This document shows positions 60,051-64,000 of a stretch of DNA of 64,000 nucleotides, one piece after another. A program made the position numbers and the translations under genes. Origin of the DNA: the human T2T-CHM13v2.0 reference genome, Homo sapiens; NCBI RefSeq assembly GCF_009914755.1, contig NC_060938.1; one strand, given 5' to 3'. The notes under the pieces were generated by a model. That model was not told the origin of the DNA and did no database searches. It saw only the letters and a program-made list of their open reading frames with translations. Every line of letters starts with the position of its first letter. Position 1 is the first letter of the stretch.

Positions 60051-60648
60051 TGTCAATGAAAAGAGTTAAACTCTGTAAAATATTTGAAGAAACTTATTCT
60101 GAGCCAAATATGAGTGACCATGGCCCATGACACAGCCCTCAGGAGGTCCTGAGAACATGTGCCCAAGGTGGTTAGGATGCAGCTTGGTTTTATATATTTT
60201 AGGGAGACATGAGACTTCAATAAAAAAAATTTAAGAAATACATTGGTTTGGTCCAGAAATGCAGGACAACTTGAAGTGGGGGCTTCCTGCTTATAGGTAG
60301 ATTTAAAAACTTTCTGATTGACAATTGGTTGGGTTTATCTAAAGACCTGGGATCAACAGAAAGGAATGTCTGGGTTAAGATAAAGGATTGTGGAGACCCA
60401 AGTTCTTATTTGCAGAGGAAGTCTTCAGGTACTAGGCTTCAGAGATCATAGGTTGTAAAATGTTTCTTATCAGACTTAAAGTCTGTGTTGATGTTAATGC
60501 CAGAGAGGTATAATGAGGCATAACCAACCCTCATTTCCCATCATGGCCTGAAACAGTCTCTCAGGTTAAATATTAAAAGAGCCTTGGTTGAGGAGGAAGT
60601 CCATTCAGATGGTTGAGGGGGGGCTTAGTATTTTATTTTTGGTTTACA
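60051..60648 (-). mobile_element. MER4A-like ERV1 solo LTR
   Basis: Minus strand starts TGTAAACCAAAAATAAAA; 4-bp TSD gtat (60047-60050, 60649-60652). Confidence 0.88.
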
Positions 60649-63053
60649 GTATAAAACTCATAGGTCTTATAAAACAATCACACAGAGAGGACAGGGGAAG
60701 AAATCAAATGACAAAACAACAAATGACCAAATCACAAAGACAGATGGACAAAAAAAAAAAACCAAAGAATCTACAAAGAAACTAGATAACAATTAATAAC
60801 ATACTAGAAACAAAACCTCACATATCAATATTAACCTTGAACGTAAATGTATTAAACACTACACTTAAAATATATAGATTCATGGAATGGATTAAAAAAA
60901 AAAACATGAACGAACTATATGCTGCTTACAAGAAACTCACCTTACTGATAAAGACACTTACAGTAAGGAGGTAAAGTGGTAGAAAAAGATATTCCATGCA
61001 AATGGAAACCAAAAGTGAGCAGGAATAGCTATACTTATATCAGATAAAACAGACTTTAAATCAACAACAGTAAAAAAAAAACTACCAAAAAAAGTTATTA
61101 TACAATGCTAAAGGGATCAATTCAATGAGAGGATATAACAATCCTAAATATATATGCACCCAATGCTATAGCACCCAGATTCATAAAAACAAATATTACT
61201 AGACCTAAAGAGGGTAATAGACAGCAATACAATAATAGTAGGGAATGTCACCTAACTCAGCACTAGAGAGATCATCAAGACAGAAAATTAACAAACACTG
61301 GACTTTAATTGGACTTTAGACCAAATGAACTTGACAGACATTTACAGAAGATTCTACCCAAAAACAGCAGAATGTATATTGTTCTCATCAGCACATGGAG
61401 CATTCTCCAAGACAGTTCAAAGAAGAACTGGTACTGAACCTCCTCAAAATGTTCCCCAAAATTGAGGAATCCTTCCTGACTCATTCTGCAAAGCCTGTAT
61501 CACCCTGATATCAAAGCCAGACAAGGACATAACAACAACAACAACAACAAAAACTATAGATCAATATCCCTGATGAACACAGATGCAAAAACCCTCAACA
61601 AAATACTAGCAAACTGAATCTAACAGCACATCAAAAAGATAATATACCACAATCAAGTAGGTTTTATTCCAGGGATGCAAGGAGAGTTCAACAAACACAA
61701 GTCAATAAATGTGATTCACCACATCAACAGAATTAAAACAAAAACCATACGATCATCTCAATAGATGCAGAAAAAGCATTTGATGAAATTCAGCATCCCT
61801 TCATGATAAAAGTCCTAAAAAAAGAGGTATAAAAGATCATTATACAAAATAATAAAAAGCATATATGACAAACCCACAGCCAACATCATACAGAATGAGG
61901 AAAAGTTAAAGGTATTCCCCCTAAAAACTGGTACAAGACAAGGATACCCACTTTCACCACTCCTATTCAACATACTACTGGGAGTCCTAGCCAGAGCACT
62001 CAGGCAAGAGGAAGAAATAAAAGGTATCCAAATTGGAAACAAGAAAGTTAAATTATCTGTTTGCTGACAATATGAGCTTATACCTAGAAAAGCCCTAAAG
62101 ATGCCTCTAAAAGGCTCCTAGATTTGATAGATGGATTCGGTAAAGTTTCAGAATACAAAACCAATGTATAAAAATCAGTAGCATTTCTATATATCAAGAA
62201 TGATCAAGTTGAGAACCAAATCAAGAACTCAATCCCATTTACACTAGATTAAAACATATATCTAGGAATATATTATTTAATGAAGGAGGTGAAGATCTCT
62301 ATAAGAAACACTATAAAACACTAATTTTTAAAAAGTATTAACAGATGACATAAACAAATGGAAAAATATTTCAGGCTCATGGAATAGAAGAAACAATATC
62401 ATTAAAATGATCATACTGCTCAAAGAAATCTACAGATTCAATGCAATTCCTATCAAAATATCAATATCATTTTTCACAGAATTAGAAAAACCAGTCCTAA
62501 AATCCATATGGAACCAAAAAAGAGTCCAAATTACCAAAGCAATCCTAAGCAAAAAGAACAAAGCTAGAGGCATCACATTATCAACTTCAAATTAGAAGAA
62601 AACCTGTTAGGGAAAACTCTTCTGGACATTGACCTAGGCAAAGAATTCATGACTAAGACCTCAAAAACAATTGCAAAAAAAAAAAAAAAAACACACACAA
62701 AATAGAAAAATGGGACTTCAATAAACTAAAAAGTTTCTCCACAGCAAAAAAAATAATCAATGGAGTAATTACTTGAAAAATCAGATAAAATATCTGCAAA
62801 CTATGCATCTGACAAAGGATTACTATCCAGAATCTACAAGGAACTCAAATAAGTCAACAACAAAAATACAAATAACCCCATTTAATAGTGGGCAAAGGAT
62901 GTGAAAAGACATTTTTCCAAATAAGACATGGAAATGGCCAGCAAGCATATGAAAAAATGATTAACATAATCATAGGAGAAATGGCAAATTAAAAGCACCA
63001 TGACATATCATCTCACACCAGTTTAAAAGGCTACTTTTTAAAAGTCAAAAAAA

Positions 63054-63331
63054 GGCCCGGTGCAGGTGGCTCATGCCTGTAATCCCAGTACTTTGGGAGG
63101 CTGCGGCAGGCGGATCACCAGGTCAGGAGTTCAAGACCAACCTGGCCAACATATTGAAATCCTGTCTCTACTAAAGATACAAAAATTAGCCAGGTGTAGG
63201 GGTATACGCCTGTAATCCCAGCTACTTGGGAGGCTGAGGCAGAAGAATAACGTGAACCCGGGACGCGGTGATCACACCATTGCACTCCAACCCCGGGTGA
63301 CAGTGCAAGACTCTATCTCAAAAAAAAAAAA
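63054..63331 (+). mobile_element. AluS
   Basis: Dimer with a small right-arm deletion. Confidence 0.95.
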
Positions 63332-63831
63332 TTGATGTTAATGAGAATGTGGAAAAAAAGGGAATGCTTATATACTATCAATAGGAATATAAATTAGTAT
63401 AACCTCTATGAAAAATATGGAGATTCCTCAAAGAACTAAAAATAGAACTACTATTCAATCTAGCAATCTCATTATTGTTTAATTTACCCAAAGGAAGTCA
63501 TATTAAAAAGTCATATAAAAAAGATACCTGCACTCATAACTTTATGGCAGCACTATTCACAATAGCAAAGATATAGACTCAACGTAAGTGGTGTCCATCA
63601 GCAGATGATTTGATAAAGGAAATATGGTATATATATACCACATCTATATACATATATATATAATTATACATATAATTATATAAATGTGCTGAAATGTGTC
63701 CATATATACACATATTAATATACTTACATATATAGTTACATAAAGACACATATATCTATTTATATATAATTATATATATAAAAAGACACAAGGAAATTGT
63801 TATAGTAAAATACCTGTTTCTTTCTTTCCTT

Positions 63832-63970
63832 CTTTTTTTTGAATTTTTATTGGTAGGGATGGAGCTTCGCTATGTGGCCCAGGCTGGTCTCAAACTCCTG
63901 GCCTCAAGTGATCCTCCCACCTCAGTTCTCTTAAAGTGTTAGGATTACAGGTGTGAACCACCACATCTGT
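63832..63970 (-). mobile_element. FLAM/AluJ monomer
   Basis: Single left-arm monomer; flanking repeat aaaatacctgtt. Confidence 0.85.
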
Positions 63971-64000
63971 CAAAATACCTGTTCTGTCTTTATATGCTCC

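Larger units (their letters stand above)
56640..63650 (+). mobile_element. Long decayed LINE-1 (L1PB/L1MA-like: 5' UTR, ORF1, ORF2 with internal deletions near 61415 and 62595, 3' end) hosting LTRs and Alus
   Basis: ORF1-like [26 protein letters not shown]; EN ..CCLQETHL, ..NIYAPN; RT ..YRSISLMNTDAK, ..[15 protein letters not shown]. Confidence 0.88.

Noticed and set aside
56640-63650. Potentially active full-length L1
   Set aside because: Many stops and frameshifts, two large ORF2 deletions and at least six nested insertions
54000-64000. Coding exons of the neighbouring gene TC2N
   Set aside because: I found no C2-domain or TC2N-like peptide in the ORF track or by eye; if adjacent, the gene lies beyond the right edge

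Overview
Primate (human-like) genomic DNA, mostly transposon-derived. The only protein-coding gene I can support is the 5' part of CATSPERB (CatSper channel auxiliary subunit beta) on the minus strand. It has a non-coding exon 1 (donor at 29404) and six coding exons (2-7, codons 1-206), with GT-AG boundaries and phases verified by hand. Intron 5 holds a full-length processed pseudogene of PDK3 (+ strand, long C-terminal isoform) and a full-length, box-mutated U3 snoRNA copy. The CpG-poor promoter has an RFX X-box, a CCAAT box and an inverted pair of MYB sites, with a second X-box about 1 kb upstream. The upstream 34 kb is L1, Alu, LTR and DNA-transposon debris plus a repeat-poor stretch with a canonical minus-strand poly(A) signal. 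I found no convincing new protein-coding system. The best leads are: a cluster of six CRE half-sites in intron 6 upstream of the X-derived PDK3 retrocopy; two tail-less internal L1 fragments flanked by 13-bp TSDs; a U3 insertion with a U-rich rather than A-rich tail; and a start codon that is the first three bases of exon 2. Gene and repeat-family names come from remembered sequences, not a database search. Boundaries of old repeats are approximate.
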